Origin: an uncultured Gemmatimonadales bacterium | GTDB lineage: Bacteria > Gemmatimonadota > Gemmatimonadetes > Gemmatimonadales > Gemmatimonadaceae | Assembly: GCA_963701965.1 (NCBI GenBank) | Contig: OY969695.1 | Coordinates: 3,712,001-3,776,000, forward strand | Length of the DNA: 64,000 bases | Reading direction: 5' to 3' | In this document: piece by piece, positions 49,389 to 57,275 of the stretch | Layout of the letters: every line of letters begins with the position of its first letter | Numbering within the stretch: the stretch's first letter is position 1 | Notes under the pieces: model-generated | Told to the model about the DNA's origin: nothing | Seen by the model: the letters and a program-made list of their open reading frames with translations, nothing else | Database searches by the model: none | Translations under genes and position numbers: made by a program

Positions 49389-49511
49389 TTAGCAGTTATT
49401 CGATCCGCCGGTCACACCGCCGCCGCAGGCATGCGTCGGAGCTGAGGGTGAAGCGCAAGCGGCAAGGGTGATGGCGCTGGCGACGATGATGATGCGGGCG
49501 ATGAACGACAT
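49389..49511 (-). CDS. 40-aa exported (lipo)peptide with C-terminal Cys-x10-Cys
   Basis: Not in the ORF track: MSFIARIIIVASAITLAACASPSAPTHACGGGVTGGSNNC, TAA stop; GGAGG RBS 5 nt before ATG; lipobox LAAC. Confidence 0.8.
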   Translation of the reverse strand: MSFIARIIIVASAITLAACASPSAPTHACGGGVTGGSNNC

Positions 49512-49537
49512 TGGTGCCTCCAGAGGGTGTGTGTGAC

Positions 49538-49594
49538 TCCGCGATTTCGCGGACCCCTACTGTAGGCACTCGCCCCTATACCGCTATGCCCCTA
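49538..49594 (-). promoter_or_regulatory. Candidate promoter/operator region of the peptide gene
   Basis: TACAGT -10-like hexamer (49564-49559), three TAGGGG direct repeats, and palindrome TCCGCGA-AA-TCGCGGA (49538-49553). Confidence 0.45.
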
Positions 49595-49639
49595 GGACCT
49601 CGCTACCTGCCCGTACGTGCACGGCGGGCGGCGGCACCG

Positions 49640-50704
49640 CTACTCGGTGCCGAGGTCGACCACGACACCCATGTACTCGGATTCCCCGAGCGCATTAACC
49701 GTCGCGCGCCCGACGACGTGTGTGTACACGGTGGACCCATCGGCCAACAAAAGCCTGACATCCATGGCGTAGTCGTTCCGACTACGGATGGCTGAGTCGA
49801 CCATCCGCTCCACGGCGTCGACGTCCTCGGGATGCACACACCGCCGGAGCGCCGCGACGCCAGGCTCGGGTTCCTCGGCGCTCAGCCCGAGGATGCGGAG
49901 CGCCTCCCGCGAGAAGAACACCTTTCGCCCCGGCACATTCCACCCCCAACTGCCGGTACGGGTCAACCGCTGCCCCTCGGCGAGAAACGCCTCGCTCCGC
50001 TTGAGCGCCTCCTCGGCGCGTTTTTTATCGGTGACGTCGTCCACGACGACGATGCCGAACATGGGTGCCCCCCGCTCGTGCCGGACCAGCGACACCGTGA
50101 GGCTGCCCCACACCAACCGGCCGTTTTTCGCGAAGCACTGTTTGTCGAGCGAGTACGACTCCCGTTTCCCGTTCACCAGCTCCGTAAACAGGTTCCAGTC
50201 CGCCTCGGCGCGCTCATGGTGCATGATGCGCGAAAACGAAAAGCCCCGAAACTCCCGTTCGTCGTAGCCAAACATCGTCTGGAGCTTGCGGTTGACCTTG
50301 AACGCATGTCCCGCCGGGTTGACGAGGGCGATCCCCACAGCCGCTTCGTCGAACAACGCGTGGAGCTGCCGCTCGCTGTCCCGGAGCGCGCGTTCCACCG
50401 TGACCCGCCGGGCGTCGCTCGCCCAGCTGACCGCCAGCGCGCAGGCCAGAAACACCCCGACCCGCGGCAGCCCGCTCGTCGCGATCGTCAGCGACCGTTC
50501 CGGGGAGACGAAGAAGTAGTCGACCGCGATGGTCGCCAGGCCGGCCGCCAGCAACCCCGCGCGCCACCCGCCGCTCCACGTCGCGATGGCGACCGCCGCC
50601 AGGAACAGGATCGTCGGATCAATGGCGTTGCGGAGCGGAAGCGCCAGACCCAGCGCCGCCGCGATCCACGCGATCGCCAACGCGTATCGACCTACGACCG
50701 CCAT
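49640..50704 (-). CDS. Membrane sensor with DUF4118-like N-terminus and two PAS domains, no output domain
   Basis: Four TM helices (FLAAVAIATWSGG...VDYFF); PAS/PAC segments ending DVTDKKRAEE and containing VHPEDV; stops right after the second PAC. Confidence 0.8.
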   Translation of the reverse strand: MAVVGRYALAIAWIAAALGLALPLRNAIDPTILFLAAVAIATWSGGWRAGLLAAGLATIAVDYFFVSPERSLTIATSGLPRVGVFLACALAVSWASDARRVTVERALRDSERQLHALFDEAAVGIALVNPAGHAFKVNRKLQTMFGYDEREFRGFSFSRIMHHERAEADWNLFTELVNGKRESYSLDKQCFAKNGRLVWGSLTVSLVRHERGAPMFGIVVVDDVTDKKRAEEALKRSEAFLAEGQRLTRTGSWGWNVPGRKVFFSREALRILGLSAEEPEPGVAALRRCVHPEDVDAVERMVDSAIRSRNDYAMDVRLLLADGSTVYTHVVGRATVNALGESEYMGVVVDLGTE

Positions 50705-50794
50705 GACCCCAGGGTAGCGCCCCGGGTCGTATCTGGCGACCTCGGCGGTAATTCTGCCCTTGTATGACCTCTGTGGCGAGTGTACATCGCGCCA

Positions 50795-51481
50795 ATGATC
50801 TACGCCGGAACGTCGGGATGGGCCTATCCCGCCTGGAAGCCGGATTTTTATCCGGCGAAGCTCGCCGCCGCCAAATTCCTCGGCTACTACGCGAGCCGCC
50901 TCAACTCCGTCGAGCTCAATTACACCTTTCGGCGATTCCCGACCGAGAAGTTACAGGCCGGTTGGATCGCGGCGACGCCCCCCGAGTTCCGGTTCGCCGT
51001 CAAGGCGCACCAGTCGATCACGCACGTCAAACGCCTGCGCGATGCGCAGGAGTCCACCGCGCGGTTCCTGGGCGCGCTGGCGCCATTCCGCGCCGCCGGC
51101 CGGCTCGGACCCGTGTTGTTCCAGCTGCCGCCGCACCTCCCGTGCGACGTCCCCCTGCTCGGAGATTTTCTCGCCGCACTCCCACGGGGCGAGCGCGTGG
51201 CGTTCGAGTTCCGCCACGATTCGTGGTTCACCGACGAGGTCTACGATCTCCTGCGGGCATCCAATGCCGCGCTCTGTCTGGCCGACACCGAGACGATCGA
51301 GACGCCCGACATTCATACGGCCGATTACGCCTATCTGAGGCTGCGGAAGCCCTCGTACGACCTCGACGCGCTGGCGCCGTGGGTCGCATCACTCGCCAGA
51401 GGTGGCGACGTCTTCCTGTATTTCAAGCACGAGGAGACGCCGGAAGGGGCGTATTGCGCGGAGCGCTTGCTCCAATCGTAG
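50795..51481 (+). CDS. DUF72 domain protein
   Basis: IYAGTSGWAY, VELNYTF, VKAHQSITH, LFQLPP, EFRHDSW. Confidence 0.92.
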   Translation: MIYAGTSGWAYPAWKPDFYPAKLAAAKFLGYYASRLNSVELNYTFRRFPTEKLQAGWIAATPPEFRFAVKAHQSITHVKRLRDAQESTARFLGALAPFRAAGRLGPVLFQLPPHLPCDVPLLGDFLAALPRGERVAFEFRHDSWFTDEVYDLLRASNAALCLADTETIETPDIHTADYAYLRLRKPSYDLDALAPWVASLARGGDVFLYFKHEETPEGAYCAERLLQS

Positions 51482-51518
51482 GAAGCGGTACGCTCGTTGC
51501 GTTGGGATAGCTGTACCC

Positions 51519-52412
51519 ATGCGACCAATCCTGCTGGCTGCGTCGTGCGCGCTCCTCGGTGCCCGGCAGTGGATCGATATTCGGAACGTGGATCTGCACC
51601 TGAACGATCAGGTCACGCTCCGCGTGCGTTCCGTGCACGGCGAAGTGTTGCGGACCAAGGCCGACTCCCCCGCCACACTCGACGATCCCCAGTCGTTTCG
51701 TATCCGCATTGCGTCGGGTACCGTCGCGCTCACTGGCGATGACCTTGCGGGGCTGCTCAACGCCGTGATTCTGCACTACCCGGGCGCGCCCCTCAGCAAC
51801 GTGAGCGTCCGGATCACCGGCACACAGCTCTTCGTGAAGGGGACCCTGCACAAGGCCGGCGATCACCCAATCGAGATGACCGGGACGGTTGGCCTCATGC
51901 CCGATGGCCGCATCCGGCTCCACGTCATCAAGACGCACCTCGTGGGTATCAATGGCGAGGCGCTGCTGCACACCTTCGGACTGCACCTGGACAACGCCGT
52001 CTCGCTCCAGGGCGCGAAAGGCGCCACGATCAAGGGCGACGATCTCTTCCTCGACCCGCTGCCGTATCTCCCGCCGCCCGCGATCGAAGGCCGTCTCGCC
52101 GCCGTGCGCATCGAAGGCGCCGAGCTGGTGGAAGAATTCGCGCGAACGCCGGACGATGCGACGTTTCAACGCGCCGTCCGGCCCGACACGACCGGCAACT
52201 TTCTCTACTTCCGCTGTGGCGAGTTGCGCTTTGGCCGCTTGCTCATGCGCGACACCGACCTCCGGATCATGAGCCAGGATCCGCACAAGGCGTTCGACCT
52301 CAACCTGCCGCACTACAGCCGTCAGCTGGTGGCCGGCTATTCACGCACCAGGGCCGATTCCGGACTCACGGTGTTCATGCCCAACTTCGCGACGCTGAAC
52401 GCGCCGCACTGA
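51519..52412 (+). CDS. Hypothetical exported beta-rich protein
   Basis: ATG 51519 with a short signal-like N-terminus (MRPILLAASCALLGA); plausible composition. Confidence 0.7.
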   Translation: MRPILLAASCALLGARQWIDIRNVDLHLNDQVTLRVRSVHGEVLRTKADSPATLDDPQSFRIRIASGTVALTGDDLAGLLNAVILHYPGAPLSNVSVRITGTQLFVKGTLHKAGDHPIEMTGTVGLMPDGRIRLHVIKTHLVGINGEALLHTFGLHLDNAVSLQGAKGATIKGDDLFLDPLPYLPPPAIEGRLAAVRIEGAELVEEFARTPDDATFQRAVRPDTTGNFLYFRCGELRFGRLLMRDTDLRIMSQDPHKAFDLNLPHYSRQLVAGYSRTRADSGLTVFMPNFATLNAPH

Positions 52413-52865
52413 GAGCGCGCGTTCCGGGTCGCCGATCGCGAACGCGGCGAAGCACAGCGCCAGCACCGAGTGGTCGAGCGAGGCGCCGAAGTATTGCCAC
52501 ATTGGCGCGTGCGGCCCCGGATAGTTCGACGAGAACAACAGCGCCAGCATGTACACAAGCCCACAACCGCTGGCCGCGCGCGTCCAGACGCCGAGGATGA
52601 GGGAGAGGCCGATGGCCAGCTCCCCGTACGCGGCCAGAAACGCGATCGCGGTGCCGTGCGCGAGCACGAAGTCGCGAAGGACGGGGATCATGAACGGGTA
52701 CGCCGCTCCATCCGTCAGGAAGCGGTTGATCCACCCTTGAAAGCCGCCGCCCAGCGTGAACGCCGTGCCGAAGACCTTGTATTCGCCGAAGATGACGAAG
52801 AGAACGCCGACCGCGATGCGCAGCAGCCCGAAGGCCGTATCGTTCCGCGACGGCGCGGTCGGCAC
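52341..52865 (-). CDS. DoxX/DoxD family membrane protein
   Basis: LLRIAVGVLF...YK, GELAIGLSLILGVWTRAA. Confidence 0.82.
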   Translation of the reverse strand: MPTAPSRNDTAFGLLRIAVGVLFVIFGEYKVFGTAFTLGGGFQGWINRFLTDGAAYPFMIPVLRDFVLAHGTAIAFLAAYGELAIGLSLILGVWTRAASGCGLVYMLALLFSSNYPGPHAPMWQYFGASLDHSVLALCFAAFAIGDPERALSVRRVQRREVGHEHRESGIGPGA

Positions 52866-53353
52866 TAGTGCGTCAGCGCGTCGACGCCCGCTTGCGCCGC
52901 GGTGGCATCCTGATCGGAGGCCATGCCGCTGCAGCCGACCGCCCCGATCACTTTGCCATCGACGATGATGGGAATGCCCCCGGCGACGGCCGCGACGCCG
53001 GTGAACGAGAGAACGCCCAGGTTGCCGTCCTTGAGCGCATCGGCGAAGGCTTTCGTCGGACGCTTGAATCGCGCGGCCGTCCGGGCCTTTTCGATGGCGA
53101 CGTCCAGGCTGCCGTTCTGCACGTCATCCATGCGATGAAAGAGGATCAGGCCCCCGGTGGCGTCGACGATGGCGATCGCCATCGTCCAGTTGTGCTTCTT
53201 GGCCTCGGCTTCGGCCGCGGCGGCCATCTTCTGGGCGGCCTCGAGGCTCGGGACTTTCGTATCGAGCAACTGGGCGCGGGCCGCGCTGGGGGCGACGCCG
53301 GAGAGCGCCGTCGCCACGACGGTCGCGATGCCGATCTGCACAGAGAGTTTCAT
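52865..53353 (-). CDS. Heme-binding protein (GlcG/HbpS family), exported
   Basis: Signal peptide; IAIVDATG, AIEKARTA, GGIPI..G..IGAVGCSG, DATAA. Confidence 0.9.
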   Translation of the reverse strand: MKLSVQIGIATVVATALSGVAPSAARAQLLDTKVPSLEAAQKMAAAAEAEAKKHNWTMAIAIVDATGGLILFHRMDDVQNGSLDVAIEKARTAARFKRPTKAFADALKDGNLGVLSFTGVAAVAGGIPIIVDGKVIGAVGCSGMASDQDATAAQAGVDALTH

Positions 53354-53497
53354 AGTGGGACGAACCTACTAGGGCCCGCTGGATTTTGCCATCCGGCAGA
53401 GCCCCAGTTTGGTCACCGCGCCGAGGGCCGCCTTTGGTCTACTGGCTTGTCGCCGCGCCGTGGCGCTCGCCGCGAAGTAGTGGGCACGGTTCGAGCG

Positions 53498-54004
53498 TCA
53501 GGCGCCGGCTTTTTCCTGCTCCGCGGTTGGTCCGCGCGCGGCGCGGTCGATCTGCCGGATCGCGCCCAGATGATAGGCGAGATGGGCGATGCTGCCGACG
53601 ATGCCGTTCAGCACCACCACGTCGACGTCGCGCGGCGTGCCGAGCGCGCCCAACCAGCGGTGCGCTTCCTCACCCAGCTGCGTCCGAAGCGCGCGCCACT
53701 GCGCGTCGGAGACGGTGGTGTTTCGCCAGCTCGCCGTCCAGTCGGCGCCGGCCCACGGATCTCCTCCTGACGCCGCCCACTGATTCATGAGCGACAGACC
53801 GTAGCGCAGGTGGTCGACGTGCGCCGCAATCGACGCGCCTCCCGCCACGGTCGCCGACGCATCCGCGGCCGAGACGCGATCCAGGGATCGCAGGAGTCCA
53901 GAGTCTCCCCGATTGAGCATATAGGACGGCTGCTGCGCCGGCGTGCCGTCCACCAGCTCGGCGAACAGCGTCGTGAGGGTGTCGTGAAGCGCGGTGCTGT
54001 TCAT
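53498..54004 (-). CDS. DinB family protein
   Basis: SIAAHVDHLRY and HLAYHLGAIRQ metal-binding His motifs. Confidence 0.85.
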   Translation of the reverse strand: MNSTALHDTLTTLFAELVDGTPAQQPSYMLNRGDSGLLRSLDRVSAADASATVAGGASIAAHVDHLRYGLSLMNQWAASGGDPWAGADWTASWRNTTVSDAQWRALRTQLGEEAHRWLGALGTPRDVDVVVLNGIVGSIAHLAYHLGAIRQIDRAARGPTAEQEKAGA

Positions 54005-54019
54005 GCGCAGGCCTCCCGA

Positions 54020-54523
54020 TCAGAGATCTTTGGACATCACGATGCAGTGGCAGGCGAGACCATCCTGCAGTGCGCGTGTCGGCACGAACTCCTCCGCGCC
54101 GGTCTCGACATAGCCGAGTTTGCGGTAGAACGGTGGGAGCTCCGTACGGAGACTCAGAACCGTGAGCTCCATGGACGTGCAACCGCTCCGGCGACACACG
54201 TCTTCCGCCGCGGCGACCATGGCGCGGCCGATACCACGCGATTGCCATCCAGGATCGACGGCGAGCATGCCGAACCAGCCGCGGCAGCCGGTGACTTTGG
54301 TTCGGACGCTCGCGATCAGCTTGCCCGAGTGATCCTCGGCGACCAGGAACCGGCTCGTCGCCAGCATTCGTTCAAGCTCTGCCTGGTCGGTCCGGGTCCC
54401 GCCCAAGAACGTCTCAACAGCGAAGGCGGTGTTCGTAACTGACGCCACGGCAGGTACATCCGCGATTTGACCCGGCCGGATACGAATGCCATAAGGTGTC
54501 ATGTCGAATTCGGCATTGCTCAT
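54020..54523 (-). CDS. GNAT family N-acetyltransferase
   Basis: LAVDPGWQSRGIGRAM, FYRKLGY. Start at 54523 or 54502. Confidence 0.88.
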   Translation of the reverse strand: MSNAEFDMTPYGIRIRPGQIADVPAVASVTNTAFAVETFLGGTRTDQAELERMLATSRFLVAEDHSGKLIASVRTKVTGCRGWFGMLAVDPGWQSRGIGRAMVAAAEDVCRRSGCTSMELTVLSLRTELPPFYRKLGYVETGAEEFVPTRALQDGLACHCIVMSKDL

Positions 54524-54562
54524 TCGTCGTGTTGGTGACCCCCAATATATCAGGAGACGACA

Positions 54563-54961
54563 ATGCGACTCACGAACAATGCCCCCGCCAAGACCAACGC
54601 GCTGCTCTGGACCGTTCAGGGCCTCCTGGCCGCGCTCTTCCTCTTCGCTGGCGGTATGAAGCTGGCTCTGCCGTCCGCGGCCCTGGCCGCGCAGTCGACG
54701 CTCCCCGTCGCCTTTATCCGGTTCATCGGCGTCTGCGAGATGCTCGGCGCGCTCGGTCTCATCCTTCCGGAACTGCTCCGCATGCGCATCGAGTTGACGC
54801 CCCTCGCCGCGAGCGGACTCGTGATCATCATGATCGGCGCGGTCAGCGTCACGGCGATGAGCGCCGCTGCCTCGACTGCGGCGATCGTCACGCCCGCGGT
54901 AGTCGGCTGCTTGGCCGCGGTCGTGGCCTATGGCCGGGCGCGCCGCATCGCGTACAATTGA
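54563..54961 (+). CDS. DoxX-like family membrane protein
   Basis: LWTVQGLLAALFLFAGGMKL, IGVCEMLGALGLILP; AGGAG RBS. Confidence 0.88.
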   Translation: MRLTNNAPAKTNALLWTVQGLLAALFLFAGGMKLALPSAALAAQSTLPVAFIRFIGVCEMLGALGLILPELLRMRIELTPLAASGLVIIMIGAVSVTAMSAAASTAAIVTPAVVGCLAAVVAYGRARRIAYN

Positions 54962-54964
54962 TTC

Positions 54965-55486
54965 ATGCAATGCTCCGTCTTTTGCGCCACGAGCCTCGAC
55001 GGCTATATCGCGCGCGCGGATGACGGATTGGATTGGCTGCCGACGGATCCCGAGCCGCACGGGTACGATGAGTTCATAGCCACGATCGACGCCATTGTCA
55101 TGGGCCGCAAGACGTTCGACGTCGTGCTCGCGTTTGGCTCGTGGCTCTACGGGACCACGCCGGTGATCGTGCTCACGTCGCGCCCCGACGCGGTGGCGCG
55201 GCCGGCGGGAGCAGTCGTCGAGGGGATGTCCGGCACGCCCGGGGAGATCGTCGCCCGTCTGGAGCAGCGGGGGATGCGCCACCTCTACATCAATGGCGGG
55301 ATCACGATCCAGCGTTTTGTCGCGGCAGGGCTGATCCAGCGCATGACCATCACGCAGATCCCCGTGCTGCTCGGCACGGGGATCCCGTTATTCGGCCCGG
55401 TCCCGCACGACATCCGGCTGCGGCCCGTTGCCACGCGTTCGTATCCGAGCGGCCTGGTACAGACGGAATACGAAGTGCTAGCGTAG
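54965..55486 (+). CDS. Dihydrofolate reductase family (RibD C-terminal) protein
   Basis: ATSLDGYIA, MGRKTF, INGG, PVLLGTGIPLF, SGLVQTEY. Confidence 0.9.
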   Translation: MQCSVFCATSLDGYIARADDGLDWLPTDPEPHGYDEFIATIDAIVMGRKTFDVVLAFGSWLYGTTPVIVLTSRPDAVARPAGAVVEGMSGTPGEIVARLEQRGMRHLYINGGITIQRFVAAGLIQRMTITQIPVLLGTGIPLFGPVPHDIRLRPVATRSYPSGLVQTEYEVLA

Positions 55487-56023
55487 CGTCTGCAGGTTCT
55501 TGTAGAAGTAAGTCGCGGCGCACATCGCGCGGTCGGGGCCCAGCGCGTAGTCCGGAATGGAGCCCAGCCGCTGCCAGCCGAGGCGGGCGTAGAGGCGGTC
55601 GCCTTCGCTGCCCGTGACGGTGTCGAGGATCAGCAAGGTCCGGCCAGCCCGGCGGGCGGCATCCTCGGCGGCGCGCACCAGCGCCGCGCCGAGACCCAGG
55701 CGGCGCGCCCGGCGGTGCACCAGCAGCTTCGCCAGCTCGCCCCAATGGCGCTGATTCTCAAAGGGGGCGAAGATGATCTGTACCGTGCCGTGGATCCGGC
55801 CCGACCCATCCCCGGCGACGATTAGCACGCGCTCGTTCCGCTGGGCGCTGGCGATCACGCCGCGCCAGTAGGCGAGCGCGGTGTCGCGGGCGAGCGGGGC
55901 CAGGAACGTCACCGATGCGCCGCCGTCCACGCAGTCGATCAGGATATCGGCGAGAACCTCGGCGAGCGCGTCGGTGCGATCGTCCGCGGCGACCGCGTGA
56001 ATCTGGATGTCAGCGGAGACCAT
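55478..56023 (-). CDS. GNAT family N-acetyltransferase
   Basis: DCVDGGASVTF, KLLVHRRARRLGLG, LDTVTGS, LYARLGW, IPDYA. Confidence 0.9.
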   Translation of the reverse strand: MVSADIQIHAVAADDRTDALAEVLADILIDCVDGGASVTFLAPLARDTALAYWRGVIASAQRNERVLIVAGDGSGRIHGTVQIIFAPFENQRHWGELAKLLVHRRARRLGLGAALVRAAEDAARRAGRTLLILDTVTGSEGDRLYARLGWQRLGSIPDYALGPDRAMCAATYFYKNLQTLR

Positions 56024-56038
56024 CCCGTAAGATGCGCC

Positions 56039-56944
56039 TCACGCCGAGGCGGCGCCGGCGAACGATTCGGTCAATGCGCCGGCGAGCGCGGGGCGCATCG
56101 CTCCGGCGACCAGGAGAAACGCCCCGGCTTCGAGCAGCGTGTCGAAGACATAGTTCACTCCTTCCACCATGCCCTCGGGCTTGGCCATCACGAGAACCGG
56201 GAGATAGAGGCATACGGTCAGGAGGACCAGGACGAGCCCGATCGCCGCCGCCGCGGTGCGGGGGTTTCGGTTGACCAGGAGCGCAATGCCACCGATGAGA
56301 AAGACGGTGCCGGTCAAATAGCCCCACACGGGCGCCAGCGGCACCCAGGCCGGCGTCATCATCTTGAGCGGAACGCCGGGCGCGAAGTCGGGATGGAGCA
56401 CCAGCTCGATCGCGAAGAAGCACGCGGCGACGGCGACGATCGTCCGTCCGATACCGATCAGCAGGCTGGCGCGGGCGATGCGCCCGGAGTCGAGCTGGGT
56501 CCCGGCGAGGGCGATGGCGCCGCCGGCGAACGACGTGTCCCGCACCATGACGGCCCAGAGGGTCCGGTTGCCCGGTTCCTGGACGACGTTGGGGATGTGG
56601 ATCATGAGGACGAACAGGACGAACATGAGCCCTAGTAGCGGCGCCGTTGCGCGCACGAGTTTTTTCAGGGATAAGCTGAGGGCCGCCGCTACTAGGGCGA
56701 AGCCGACGAGATAGGCCCAGAAGAGACGTCCGGGCATCCAATGGGGAACGAGCTGCGCCAGCGCTTTCGGGGCGAGCAGGTGCTCGGACCCAAAGACGGC
56801 CAGCGCCGCCGCGAAAAACGTGGGGCCGAGGACGATCAGTTTGTCGAGTCCCTGGCCCGCCGCGAGCTCATCGCGGACGGTCACGCCGCCCAGCATCAGG
56901 ATCACGAGGCCGGCGGCACACAACTCCGCGACGAATGTCGGCAT
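56039..56944 (-). CDS. DoxX-like multi-pass membrane protein with internal duplication
   Basis: Two similar halves (VPHWMPGRLFWAYLVG / TPAWVPLAPVWGYLTG). Confidence 0.75.
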   Translation of the reverse strand: MPTFVAELCAAGLVILMLGGVTVRDELAAGQGLDKLIVLGPTFFAAALAVFGSEHLLAPKALAQLVPHWMPGRLFWAYLVGFALVAAALSLSLKKLVRATAPLLGLMFVLFVLMIHIPNVVQEPGNRTLWAVMVRDTSFAGGAIALAGTQLDSGRIARASLLIGIGRTIVAVAACFFAIELVLHPDFAPGVPLKMMTPAWVPLAPVWGYLTGTVFLIGGIALLVNRNPRTAAAAIGLVLVLLTVCLYLPVLVMAKPEGMVEGVNYVFDTLLEAGAFLLVAGAMRPALAGALTESFAGAASA

Positions 56945-57168
56945 CAGGAGGCTGCTCCCTTCCTCTTGGGAATGCTCATCGCTTTCCAGTCCGCGCCGCG
57001 GAGGGGTTTGCCGAGGGCAACGTTGTTGGATTCGGGGTCTGGGGCTCGGAAAAAGTCGCCATCATCGAGTTGGGCCAGGGCCCCATCCGCCATCCGCTTG
57101 TAGCCGCGAAACGTGAGCAGGGTATCTCCCAGGGACGTCCCTCCAATCGTCGCGTCGTTGCTCGCCAC
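56944..57168 (-). pseudogene. DUF1572 (DinB superfamily) gene remnant with in-frame internal deletion
   Basis: N-terminal FRGYKRMADGALAQL..PDPESNNVA joined directly to C-terminal LGKPLRGADWKAMSIP; the central core is absent. GAGGAGG RBS. Confidence 0.7.
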
Positions 57169-57275
57169 ACATCCTCCTCAAATAGTGTAACGGCCCGCCT
57201 CCGGCGCGTTATATCCAAGTTCGCGCGTTTGGCTTGGTCCATCTCGGGGCCCGCGATAGTATTTTATCCGCTCAT

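Noticed and set aside
49389..49511. The 40-aa peptide as a RiPP precursor (lanthipeptide or ranthipeptide)
   Set aside because: No modifying enzyme (LanM/LanBC, radical SAM, YcaO) or peptidase-ABC exporter in the window, and its N-terminus is a Sec/lipoprotein signal rather than a RiPP leader.
52341..52412. 72-bp convergent overlap of two genes (also 36939-36960, 40959-40984, 58406-58433)
   Set aside because: Short 3' overlaps are common in GC-rich genomes with few stop codons; no sign of dual function.
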